Part shown: positions 25,438 through 36,916 of the stretch, piece after piece | Position numbering within the stretch: position 1 is the first letter of the stretch | Layout of the letters: each line of letters opens with the position of its first letter | From: Laetmonice hystrix | Lineage: Eukaryota | Length of the DNA: 64,000 nucleotides | Reading direction: 5' to 3' | Assembly: GCA_965235115.1 (NCBI GenBank) | Contig: OZ249436.1 | Coordinates: forward strand, 23,686,001-23,750,000 | The notes under the pieces: generated by a model | Database searches by the model: none | Told to the model about the DNA's origin: nothing | What the model saw: only the letters and a program-made list of their open reading frames with translations | Made by a program: the position numbers and the translations under genes

Positions 25438-26345
25438 TAAAGACACAATGATAATGCACCTAGAGGAACGCATTCGACAACTTGAGTTCATAAACAAACA
25501 TACTGCTACTAGATTTGAAGAAATGGAAAATTACAAAAGGCGGAATAACCTAGTGATTGATGGTAAAGTAGAAGAAAATGGGGAGGACCTACACAGCTAT
25601 GTGATTGGGTGGCAACAACATTAGGAGTGCAATGCGAACGGAGAGACATAGACAAAGTATACAGGATAGGTCGACTAAACCACGGATCAACACGGGTGAG
25701 GCCAATCTTGGTGTGATTCCACTCAATGGTTACTAGAAACGGTCTTTTCTACAAGAGATCTAACTTGAAACAAGCGTGAATGGAAGTCTGTCTGGATAAA
25801 TGGCGATGGGCCTGAGCAGACACGAAGAAAGAGAAAAGATATGCGTTCCATAGCAGCATTGTGTCGAGTCAAGGGTATACATTGTAAACAGCACACAGAT
25901 GGAATCATTGTTCGGGGAAGGAAAGTTGGAATAAACGAGCTTCACAGATTACCTGAAGAGGTGGCCCTTGAGAAGGCCAAAAGACTTAAACACCAAGGCG
26001 AAGTTTATTTCCAGTCCCCTCATTCTTACCTGAGTAACCTTGCTCTTGTCACATTTAGGTATGAAAACAATCTGTACTCAAGCGCGGAGCAATGTTGGCA
26101 GCAACAAAAATGTAAGGTTTTGGGCCTTACCCTGGAACAGGCGGGATAATGTCCACTAACTGGCCATATGTGCAAAAAAGATTGGTGACAGGGTGAGGAC
26201 AGGCCAGGCCTGGGAAACAAGGGAAAAAATACAATGCTGGACATACTCCGCGCGAAGTTCACGCAAAACGGAAGGAACGTGGAACGGGAAAGACGTCTTA
26301 GGAGAGTTCCTAAACAAGGTGCGAACGGAGCTCGCTGGTAAATAA
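25438..26345 (+). pseudogene. CR1/L2-type ORF1 C-terminal part: RRM-like region plus NADAR (YbiA-like) domain, frameshifted
   Basis: EEMENYKRRNNLVIDG..E (LINE ORF1 motif), then YFQSPHSYLSNL..FRYENNLYSSAEQCWQQQK, KKIGDRV..W..TMLDILRAKFTQN and WNGKDVLGEFLNKVRTEL* (NADAR-like motifs, in shifted frames). Confidence 0.75.
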
Positions 26346-26354
26346 ATAGGCGAA

Positions 26355-26965
26355 ATGGAAGCAAGAAATCTATCTACAATCATTATTACATATTCGCGTG
26401 GCAGAGGATTGGACGATATACTGCGTAGCATAGGCCTGGAAACGCACCTTGTTCTGATTCGACCTAGGAGCACCTTACTGACTGCGGCTACTCACTTCTT
26501 GCCAAACATTGTTGCGAAACAACCGGAGATGGTTCTTATTTTAAATGGAATCTGTGACATCACCTATCGCAATCCAACCACTAAGGTAACTATCATGAGA
26601 TACGCTTCGATGAAGGAGACAGTGGATGAGTACGTCAAAGCCATGAAGAGTGTCCATTCCCTGCTAACCGATATTAAACCGGATTTGCTGGTTATCTTCG
26701 CGCCAGTGACTGGTATAGATCTGACTGACTACAACAATAAAACTAGGCGAGGGCTGTCGGGTCAAAACCTTAGGGAGCACCACGAGAGGAAACATACCCA
26801 ACAGGAGCTGCTGAATTACACGATTATCGAGATAAACAGGGAAATCACTCAATACAACGTAGAAAACCATGTGGCGACACCATGGACAGCATCAGCGGTG
26901 CACCGATACTACAGTCACTCATACCATCACTCGTACCATCTACTCTCGGATGGGTGTCACCTTCT
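26355..26965 (+). pseudogene. SGNH/GDSL esterase ORF of the same LINE
   Basis: IIIT(Y)SRG block I (D>Y), ILNGICD block III, LSDGCH block V. Confidence 0.7.
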
Positions 26966-27525
26966 GAACAAGACCCCAAAATGTGCTGGGAAAAACTGTT
27001 AAAGGTCATTGTCAACATAGCGGATGACCTGTGTCCTATTAAAACATTCCGAGTAAAAAGTGATAAGCCCGCGTGGCTGTGTAACGAGCTACTCGAACTC
27101 TGCCACGATAGAGATTACTTCTTTAGAAAAGCTCTACAAACAGATCAAGATGAGGACTGGTTTTTAGCAAATACTTTAAAAAGCAAAGCCAACAATGCAA
27201 TTAAAATGGCCAAGGGGCAGTTTGTGAAACAAGAAGCAGATGAAAACATTAAAGACCCCAAAAAGTTTTGGCGAACAATGAACGAAGTACTACCACAAAG
27301 CAACTCAGGATCGATTTGCCTAGTGAATCCCGATACTGAAGTAAAGATTTCCGCACAAGAAACTGCAGACACTATTAACAATTATTTTGCTGACATAGGC
27401 CCACGATTGGCCGACAAATTTGCTGGGAGCCGACACACACCAAAACAATATAGCGCCAGGATGAACCAATATTCGTACAAACTTAGACCTGTTTCGGAAC
27501 AAGAGGTGCTTGAGAAAATCTTTAA
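26966..27525 (+). pseudogene. LINE ORF2 fragment (post-endonuclease linker, CR1/L2-like), truncated before the RT
   Basis: WEKLLKVIVNIADDLCPIKTFRVK..KPAWL..RD..FRKA; DPKKFWRTMN; ADTINNYFADIGPRLA. Endonuclease is deleted. Confidence 0.8.
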
Positions 27526-28960
27526 AATCTCAAAGGCCGTAAAGGCAGTGGGAGGCAACCGCTTCACAATATCTACTGCTTCATCCATCATTGCATACAA
27601 CACTTTTTCCTGAAACTGGAATGTTGGCATTAACCGAGGTAGACTTGCTAAAAGGGTGTGAAATATTGTAAATAAAACGATATTCGCCAGGGACTTCCTT
27701 AGGATGCAGGTGCACTGAAGAGCAGTGAAAACTTCCTAATGGAGGAGTGTCAAAGGGACCAAAAATACGACCCAACAATATCTCCTTCTCTATCTTGTTC
27801 ATAACGACCTCCAACTTTTGGCGTAGGTGGATTGCAAACTTTGTTAGAGACAAAAAAACCTTCTGTAAACCTGAGTTTAGGTACGTTGTCTCAATCTCCG
27901 GATAACCCGATAGTCTCAAAAAGGGAAGCAACTCAGGGGTTGGAAGACCACTGCTGGTATTCCGAGAGTCCCTGAACTAGATCCCGAGTAACCCTGCTGC
28001 TGCAGGTAGTTACTTGGATGTTTCCATCAACCTGGGAGCGGTTGGATGTTTCCCCCGGGACTGCTTGCATGAGGCCCCTGGGTGTTCTCCATCACATTTC
28101 GGACATATGTGCAGGAATCTACAAGCGCGTAGCCAACAGGTTCCTGATCTGTGTAATAAGAAACAGAATCCTTTATGGATGTCTTTCCAAAAATAGGTGG
28201 CCAACATGACCTCCTATACCTTCCCCTAGATGATCGGCTCTCGACAGGATCATAACATCTAACGACAGATCTAAGTTCATTTGACCCCATTTCATTACCC
28301 CATCTGCTATTGCTCTCCTGTATTCCTTGGCATAGCTCATCCATTCCCCGCCTGCCTGGGCAATATTCTTTACATGTTTTCGTTGCGCAATGAGTGCTTC
28401 TGACAGAATCAGAATAGCGTGATCAGAATAGCGTGGAACCTAGCAAATGCTCTATCCCACTGGGGCAACGACCTAATGGACGCTGTAGGGCGCTGGCCGA
28501 CGGCAAGGGAGGGGTCTGAATCTCCCGAAATTACAGTGAATGTTAAAACTGACTCCTGTTTGAAGATCAACGTTGACAACTCCACATACTTTCTGGGATT
28601 CCTGATAAAAGGGAAGTCATGGCCGTATTCAAGGCAGCCTGGACTTTTCCTGGGTGCGTATTGACCTCTGGATCCCCACGAATAAAGGATACGGTACCTG
28701 CAAGCTCATCTCTGACACACTTCTCACGATCTCCAGAGCTTGGACCAACTGCGGGATTTACTGGAGCATCCACAGCTGGGCTCGCCCCCAAAGCTGGTGA
28801 AAGCGTCGCACGCTGGCCTGTTCTGGACGATGGTTTCGGAAGTCCAGCGCTCTGCATCACTTCTGCCACTGCTGCCCCAACACCCTCTTCGAAGCATACA
28901 CATCACACCAAGACATTAGGCTTATTACGACAATTTTTACTCAGTATTTCCGCAGCTGCA
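27526..28960 (-). pseudogene. DIRS/Ngaro tyrosine-recombinase retrotransposon remnant: gag and N-terminal RT
   Basis: CFLLHRSGTCWLRACRFLHICPKCDGEHPGASC zinc fingers; KIEKEILLGRIFGPFDTPP...PKEVPGEYRFIYNISHP...SVNANIP...YAMMDEAV; frameshifted. Confidence 0.8.
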
Positions 28961-29017
28961 AAAGGAGCTCAATCCATTTCACTGAAGACAGTTATAAGGA
29001 AGAGGAATTAATTTCCA

Positions 29018-29603
29018 TTAATGCCGAGACCTTGTTTTCCACGTTTTGATGGTCTTGATTAACAAGGACTGCATGCTTTTGTACAATTTGCAATTCCCTC
29101 TGTCATTCAAGTGAACGCCATCATCCCCCAAAATCCCAACTGCACCAAAGGTTCGCTGATGCCTCCAATATATTATTGCGTCTGACATCTCAGCGACCCC
29201 TTTCATCCACCTATTTAGCTGAAAGACCTTGGATGGGAAAGGAGGGTTTACTTTTCCTGTTGAAAGCTGTGCCTAAACTACCTCTAGGACCCAAGGTTTA
29301 ACGTTCTCTCTGCTAACTGCATTAATTGGTCGCCCACAGTCCAGGCTTGAAGCTTATGGCTACATAGATATTTGCTCCTAACTGGAACACCAGGAGGTGA
29401 GGTTAATGTTCTAGCAACCAGTCCAGCAACTGATTTTCTATTTTGCTAAATGCTCCTCCCGATATGTAACGAAATACCACATCGACGTCCGGGAGTCCAA
29501 AACTGCTACTTAGGCTGATGTTTAGGGTATACTGCTCCAAACGTCGGACGTAAGAATCCCCCACGATCAGAACTCTCACCGGGGCCCCGGAATACATAAT
29601 CAC
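29018..29603 (-). pseudogene. SGNH hydrolase remnant (Ngaro-type accessory ORF)
   Basis: VLIVGDSYVRRL (block I) and DDGVHLNDRGN (block V) in two broken frames. Confidence 0.75.
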
Positions 29604-29835
29604 TACAACAGAGCAGAAGACATATCAATTCAGCGTATAGAAGTTGTTGTTCCTTAGCGTTACGTCCAATTTATAATATCACTTTACGAGGGCCTGGACA
29701 CAGAATTGGCATACATACTCTCTGTATCTGCACCCGGCCCCCGTCCTGGTAACATCATACTACAGAAAGCGACATGTCGCATTGTACTTTACCTGGCTCG
29801 GCACCTGGCAAAAGCAGTCCACACCGAAACGTACC

Positions 29836-30030
29836 TGGCCAGACCACGGGCAGCAGCATACCACACTGCACGTTGTACATGCCCAGACCACGGGCAGCAG
29901 CATACCACACTGCATTTTGTTTGTGCCCCGACCACGGGCAGCAGCATACCACACTGCATTTTGTCCGTGCCCCGACCACGGGCAGCAGCATACCACACTG
30001 CATTTTGTTCGGGCCCCGACCACGGGCAAG
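29836..30030. repeat. Minisatellite, 44-bp period, ~4.5 copies
   Basis: GACCACGGGCAGCAGCATACCACACTGCA at 29842, 29886, 29930, 29974 and partial at 30018. Confidence 0.9.
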
Positions 30031-30146
30031 AGCTGACCATGCTGTCCTCCCCTAGCTGTTACAACAGACAGCAGAAATGCATACAAATAAACGATACCAA
30101 TGAAGTAAGCACTTAACAATATGAGTAAAACGTATTCTCTCCAACA

Positions 30147-30212
30147 TATTGCACCCTGAAACAGTTGAAATACTGCTGACTGGGCGTTAAACACCAACTA
30201 CTCACTCACTCA
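30147..30212 (+). mobile_element. Severely 5'-truncated SINE 3' end with TSD
   Basis: Same tail as the 8334 SINE plus (CACT)n; CTCCAACA on both sides. Confidence 0.75.
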
Positions 30213-30547
30213 CTCCAACACGTAGCTCCTGAAATTGTTCATCACCAGTCCTCTCCGCACTTGTAGTTGTGGCCCGATTGCCGACTGAAGGTGGAATGGC
30301 AGAACCAGTGTCTCGAGGTTGGCTAGGAAGAGTTTCCAAGTCACGTGGACATTACCTCAGGTTACATAATTTCGAAATTGCCGCTGTGCAGTACACGTGT
30401 ACCGTTCTCGTTGCTTGCTGTGAAAACACTGATTCGGAGTCTCTCTGAATGGTATTTATGAGTGCCTAATACATCAAAATATATTATGAACATCAAAAAA
30501 AGTAATATACTTTCAATAGAACCGAATAGTGAATAGTACCAACTCAC

Positions 30548-30970
30548 CTGTTGTGAGAGCTGCTGCAGCAAGAAAAAGTCCGCACGTGGCTTCTGCCCAA
30601 AGTGAAAGACCACTTCATATGGTGGCTGATGCTGTTGAGGTGTTCATAACATGGGTAGCAAACTGCAGAGCTGTTGACCAGGTACCACCCTGCTCCTCTA
30701 TCCACTTTCCTAGTCTTATTGGCAAGTCTCCATTACCTGGAAATATAAAAAAAAACGACACATTTTAATGAAATAATGGCAGGAAAAAGACATAATACAA
30801 CAGATAGCAAGAAAGATAGAATATGTAAAGAGATGAACTGTACCTCAGTGGCTCTTTTGAGAAATGGTCTCTAGCATGTAAAATCCCGTTATTCTCACCA
30901 TCTGGACGGCTTGTCATGGCTATTAGGTCAGCTTGGACTCTGGTGAGAAAACCGAGGGAGATGAATTGTG
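30548..30970 (-). pseudogene. Ginger/KRBA2-like DDE integrase remnant with spliceosomal introns
   Basis: FLTRVQADLIAMTSRPDGENNGILHARDHFSK exon ending at a GT donor (30843). Exon 30736-30548 NGDLPIRLGKW..WSTALQF..MNTS..PYEVVF.GQKPR is bounded by ag and gtgagt. Confidence 0.7.
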
Positions 30971-31379
30971 ACGTAGGTATTAGAACACGCACTCTCTGTT
31001 CATTGGTGGAAAAATGAGGTTGGACAATATCTGGGTCAGTAAACAGGGGTAATACAGGATTTAAAGTAGGCCAAACACGAGTCACATGGTACAAATGCCG
31101 AAAATCTATTGGTACAAAACTGGGTCGAACTAATTTTAGGTCAGTGGGCGGGTAATACAGATATTTTTATTACACTAGTAGCTCAGCCAATCAGCGCTCG
31201 TTATTTCGTGCAAAGGTATAATAAATAGGCCTATAGAGTTTACTTACTTTTCGTCCCACTCTTCTTTTTCAGCACATGAGTCACTATGAAATGTCAGTTT
31301 TTGATTTTTTGGTCCCTTCTTTGTGATGTCAGTAAATGCATATTAAAGCGTTCTTCACTGTTTTAAGGCTACACTGTAA

Positions 31380-32532
31380 AGCCGGCCACACACCAGAGAA
31401 ACTGGGTTAATTTCTGCGACTGATCAGTCGGGACCAGTTTTATAGTGCAAAGACTAGGCGTGTGTCCCCTGCACACACCGAGCCGACTCCCGACTGACAG
31501 TCGTTGATGCGATGGATGCGCCCCACCCGGAAATTTTCCATACTAAGCGTGCAACACGCGGATACTTCCCACATTAAGCAAGCAACTACAGCGCTCCATG
31601 TGGAACTTTGCTCAAACCACCAAATTAAACAGAGTTTGCAATTGCGCAACTTCGAGGAGATCGTACGGGATCGAAAATGATTGTTTTCCAACTCTATACA
31701 GGTAGCTGAGACTCTTGTAGGATTCCCCTAATAAGGAGAAAGGGGTAAAAAGGCATGAATGTTCCAAAAGTATATATGGTATCATTGTGCTCAGGATCAG
31801 AGATAGCTTTTATATTGACATTAAATTTTATTAAAACATAAGCCAGTTCAATTTTCATTGTGAATGTATCGATGGCCTGTAAAAGTGGGAAAAGAATGAA
31901 AGAAGTTAATAAAAAAATATACATTTTTGTCCATCATGTCTCACTGTTTTCCATTCTTCTTTTCCTGTTATGTATTACTAACGTTTATCGATTCTGACAT
32001 TTAAGAAAACTTACTACTGCTGCAAAAATGTACAGAATCCAGAGCTTTATCTAACACTGTTGTCCCTAACATTTGTATAGGTTCCGCCATTTGCATGTAC
32101 AGTCTGTGGAAATAATTTGAACACAAACTTTTTTAAATTGAATAGATTTTTAATTGAATAACAGCTAGGATTTCTAATGTTAAAATCCTAAAATCGCAAC
32201 TTTTAGGGCTTTCTTCTTCCTCCTCGACATGCCCCACGCCATCTTCTTTTTTTTCCGTATGGACACTATATGGATCACATAACACGAATTATCACATGGT
32301 ACTTTGCTGAGCACTGATTGGCTATTGCCTCTCGGCCAACTAAAGACTGCCTACTGTCAACACACACAGAGTCGGGAGTCGCAGTCTTTCATATTCAACA
32401 TGTTTAATCTGAAAAACTGGCCATCGCCGACTCGCAAAAACCGTCTCGTCGGGTCGTAGGGGCGCACACACCAAGGAAACTGTCGAGTCAGGTCGGGTTG
32501 GATGACCCGGTTTCTCTGGTGTGTGGCCAGCT
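31380..32532. mobile_element. PIF/Harbinger-like non-autonomous element
   Basis: TAA|AGCCGGCCACACACCAGAGAAACTGGGT ... ACCCGGTTTCTCTGGTGTGTGGCCAGCT|TAA. Confidence 0.8.
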
Positions 32533-32935
32533 TAAAAATCGATTAGTTAAATTTTACAAATTGTTTGGTGTGTTTATGGTTCATTCTAATAAGCGTAGGC
32601 CTACACCCAACTGTACTTCCCCAAACCATAGAAATCCCATAATTCCCCTTGAATGGCCATGCCACCTTCCGGCATGCAAATCTCGGTCGCCATCTTGAAG
32701 TGGGGTAGCTGCAGCAGTAAAGGCGGAGAGTAAAGTGAGCGTAGCCGACAGAAGACCATCCCGTGACCGTCGTTTAAGCCTTCCATGTATTGAAACAGGC
32801 ACAAAATAACTGAATAAACCCTTGTCAAAGGATGACAGAAGACTGGCTCCGAATGTTTCGGAATCAACTGTAACGAGAGTCCGTTGGGATGGACAGATGT
32901 AAGGCCTTCTCATGGGGCTTTACATTGACATTGAC

Positions 32936-33055
32936 ATTTCGGATTACGGATTTCGCATTTCAGATTTTGCATTTCGGATTTCGCATTTCGGATCTCGCAT
33001 TTAGGATTTCGGATTTCGCATTTCGGATTTCGCATCTCGGATTTCAAATTTCAAA
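32936..33055. repeat. Degenerate 7/14-bp tandem repeat (GGATTTC/GCATTTC)
   Basis: Direct reading. Confidence 0.85.
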
Positions 33056-33107
33056 TTTTGTGACATGCTATGCCTGATCCCGGCAATAAGAAAGTACCAT
33101 GCAAATT

Positions 33108-33790
33108 CGAGGCACGGATCCAGGATTTCTTGAAGGGTGGGGTTCAGGGTCTTCTCAAAGGGCAGCTACCTACAGAACAGGCGTGGATACAGCACTGCAA
33201 CGGGGGGACGCCCTCGAGTGCCAAGGGCGCGAAACAACTGCAGGGGAGGGTTTGGGAAAATTTTTGAATTTAGGAGGCAACAACGCTATTTCCTGGCATC
33301 TGGAGATAGAAATTGTGATGGAATGCGAAAGTTTTTCAAAGCATTTAGGCCTAGCCTACCAATAATTTTTGTCACTTTTTCAAAAAAGGGGAACGTGCCC
33401 CCCCCCCCCCCACTCCACTTGCCCTTGGAGTCGCGCCTGCAAAAGTTAGCCAGGAAGTGCACTTTGAGGCCCAATGACGGTTCGAACCCCCGAACCCCCC
33501 CCCCCCCCCCCGATCCGCACCTGAGTAAGTAAGCTAGGGGGTCCGGGGGCATGCCTCCCGAAAAAAATTTGAAATTTATAGTGTAATTTGGTGACATTTG
33601 GTGCATCTTAGAGCACAAAGTAAGGTCTGAAAGTGAGAAAATACCCTCCCCCATAGACTTCCATAGACTTCCAACATTTGGCAAAAGTCAAGGGGAGGGA
33701 AAAGGTTGGAGGGCCAAAAGATACTCTGCCCCCCCCCCCCCCCTCATTTCAAAGTGCGGGGCCATGGCCTTTTCCTACGCCCCTGGGTAG
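33108..33790. mobile_element. Cluster of nested GC-rich short TIR elements with poly-C/G tracts
   Basis: GGCACGGATCCAGG...GATCCGCACCTG; CAGGCGTGGATACAG...GAGTCGCGCCTG; CCTACGCCCCTG. Confidence 0.5.
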
Positions 33791-35249
33791 TTCCTTAGAT
33801 CTTGGAAACAATGAGAAAGTTTTACTAACGGCTCGGCAGAAGTCTGGGTGCAAGGTCAGCACAACACCTCTGACTACTGAAGACAACAGAGCGATTAATT
33901 AGTGTCCAGACTCCTTTCCATACAGAAAAAAAAACGTTCCCACAATTACATTTATTTTTAGATTTATTTCACTTCACACTGACGTCTCAGAGCGTGAAGG
34001 CCCTATACTAATTTTAAATCCATGATGAGGAACCATGATTTGGATCTGGACCAAGAGTCATTGGATTGGGGTCTGGGCTGGACCAGATTGAAATCATTAT
34101 TTCGTCTGGACCAGTTGCCAACTGGTCCGGACCAGATTCCAATCTTATGACTGAAAACGTCGATTGGCAGGTGCCAGTTGGGATCTGGGCCCCGTTTCCT
34201 AACTGATAGCGAATGCCGTGTTTCATAAGCATTTGCATAGACGCCAGGAGCATGCGTTGCGCTAATAGTGATCGTTATTATTCCGCGGGCTCAAAACATT
34301 ACAAGGGAGAACATATCCAGCGACGCCCCGTTTCATAACTAACAGCGAACACACAAGTGCGTTATTAGTGACCGATGAAGATAGCGATCGTTGCATTGAA
34401 ATGTTTCTTAAGCATTTGCGTAATTGTCCCCGGTCTCCCCTACTTTTCAATTTAAGTATCAACGTTACGTATTTTCATAGAATTGCCCGCCAACGGGGCC
34501 CTGGTGTATGCCAAACAGACGGCGTGATGATTAAGGCTGGTGAAAGTTCATTGTGTTGGGCACAAAGGCAGACACCTGGAGAACTGCCCGACACGCTGCG
34601 GCCTTGAAGACGTGCTGCAAATCCCCAACGCGGAAATAAAGTCCACCGCTTGCGTAATACCTAAGGGCTAGGCAAAACTGAAATGGGGTGAAAACATTCC
34701 TGGGGCCCGTTTCATAACTAATAACGCAGCCGCGTTATTAACGCAAATGCGCAAATAGCCTCAATTGAGGTTAATGTGTTACATAACTAATAACGCAACG
34801 CACTATGCGTTCATAGCGCGTGTTGTCTGGCTCTAAAATCGTTTAATTAACGCGCACCTACAAGGGTCTGCGCTAACTTCCCATTTCGAAATATAAAGCT
34901 GGCAATTCCACGAAAATACGTAACGTGGATACTTAAATTGAAAAGTAGGGGAGACCGGGGACAATTGTAACATTTTTCACATTATTGGTGTTTACTGAAA
35001 GCACCACTGAGGTAGAGGGCCTCCAATAATATCGACATATACCTCAATGTTTCCTATATTATGCAGACCAAAATAGTTAAAACGGGAGAACGGTACAATT
35101 TTCCAATGGGTGTCGAGTGTTATAATCGTCCCCTATACCGGGTCAATAGTAACACACCCCAGGGTCAATTGTACCGGGACGAAAAAGGGGTAAAATGTCC
35201 ATTTAGAAAAAAATTGTTATTCTCAATATGATTCGTACAAATACAAACG

Positions 35250-36001
35250 AAAATCATGGTGGGCATGATGACGTCTGAAATGTGTCAATATTTTTAAAAA
35301 GCAATATTTTTTTTCAAGATGAAAGGGTGCTAGTTTAACAATGAAAATAGGTATGTTGATGGTACACATCAAGGGCTTTCTGATGATATAATTATTATCA
35401 AAATCGAAGGATACCCACATCTTCAAAAAAGGGGCCCAAATAGGGTTTTTTTCCTGCTGAGACCCGGTACCTGCTATTCTTGCCAAAAAACTACTGATCT
35501 TAAGTGACTGCTTTTGTTACTGTAGGAAGCCCTTTAGTTGTACTATCATTTAGAAACAACTAAACTCAATTCATCCTATGAGGTATGGGTGAAAAGCTGA
35601 TCTGAAATGTGACGATTTTTCATTTTCGTCAGAAAGATGCTTAAATGTAGTAGATAATTGCTTGACTCCTACTTGATTAAATTTTAATCTGGCACCTGCC
35701 AACAAGAGAGTACATGATGAAGGATCCCGGTTGAAAAAATCAAGTTGATATCTTTGATAGTTCCTGAGCTATCGTTTGTTAAAGATGGGAATAAATCTGT
35801 CGGCAGCATTTTTGTCGCGATAAAAGGAGCCACGCCGACTTTTTTGACCCCCTATAAAAAAAACTATAAATGATAATGAGGTAAAACTTGGCATATTTTC
35901 ATTTGGCACCACAGGCAACATGTCAAAAAAATTTGAAGCAAATCCAAGACGATCACTATGGGATTTGTCCGAAAATTGGGTGATTTCACATGGAATGACC
36001 C
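35250..36001. mobile_element. Solo arm of the foldback family at 10319-12199
   Basis: Near-identical to the right arm, ending GATTTCACATGGAATGACCC. Confidence 0.85.
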
Positions 36002-36162
36002 TAATGTAATTTTAATGTAGTGGTGGTAACATAGGGGTAGATATTTTGGAAAAAATAAAATGGTGAAACTTCGGGGAAGAAACTGGTTTGGGGAAATCTC
36101 TCCCCCCCCCCCCCCCAAGTTTTTGCATGTGATCTTTGAATAAAATACCACATTTCTTTCAG

Positions 36163-36279
36163 GTTTCTTTGGTAACCCGGGAGCACCAGGACTTCCGGGT
36201 GTCCAGGGATCACCCGGACGTCCCGGAGAACCGGGGTTCAACGGTCTGCCAGGCAGTAATGGAGCAACAGGTTTCGCAG
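36163..36279 (+). CDS. Collagen-like gene, Gly-X-Y exon (117 bp)
   Basis: ctttcag|GT TTC TTT GGT AAC ... GGT TTC GCA G|gtaggt. Confidence 0.9.
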
Positions 36280-36471
36280 GTAGGTCTTTCAAAACATCAG
36301 TTGGGATCAGAGTTGTGATTAGAATAGTTCTTTGATATTGGCAACATAATTGAGACATGGTAATGATATGCATTTCTCATTTAAATTTGATGGTATGTTT
36401 GATGGTAATGTTTTAAGAACTCGCTGTGATGTCTGATGTCCTTATAGTAGGGTTTTGTATGTCATTTCCAG

Positions 36472-36576
36472 GACCAGAGGGGTTCCCCGGAGGCCCCGGT
36501 CTACGTGGTCCTGACGGTTTGCCAGGCGGTCCAGGGGCTCCAGGAGTTACCGGTTTCCCCGGGCCAGCAGGACCTG
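36472..36576 (+). CDS. Collagen-like gene, Gly-X-Y exon (105 bp, ends G-P-G)
   Basis: tttccag|GA CCA GAG GGG ... GGA CCT G|gtaaga. Confidence 0.9.
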
Positions 36577-36862
36577 GTAAGATATATTCACAAAGTACCA
36601 CTCCTTTGTCCGTTATTGTAACACAGTGAAAACACACTCTTTTAAGATCCTAAACTTACGCAAGTCTATAATGAACTTCCTTTGAAAAAGACCTATTATC
36701 TACTACTGCTGCTTTAAGGTATATATCTATTCTATCTTTGACCATGCAGTTCTTAAACCTTGGGAGTATAGGGACATAGAAAGATAGCGAAAGGTACAAT
36801 GTCATTACTATGGAATGATGATGGTTGCCCGAGTTGCCCTAATCTTTGTTTGGTGGATGCAG

Positions 36863-36916
36863 GTTTTCCAGGACAACCCGGACCACCAGGTTTCCCAGGG
36901 ACCGGGGGCATTATTG
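36863..36916 (+). CDS. Collagen-like gene, last Gly-X-Y exon (54 bp)
   Basis: atgcag|GT TTT CCA GGA ... GGC ATT ATT G|gtgagt. Confidence 0.88.

Noticed and set aside
29706..30197. Overlapping Cys/His-rich ORFs
   Set aside because: Translations of the 44-bp minisatellite.
16547..36637. Pro/Gly-rich minus-strand ORFs (16547, 17063, 35864, 36413)
   Set aside because: Antisense shadows of the + strand collagen exons, which have proper splice sites.
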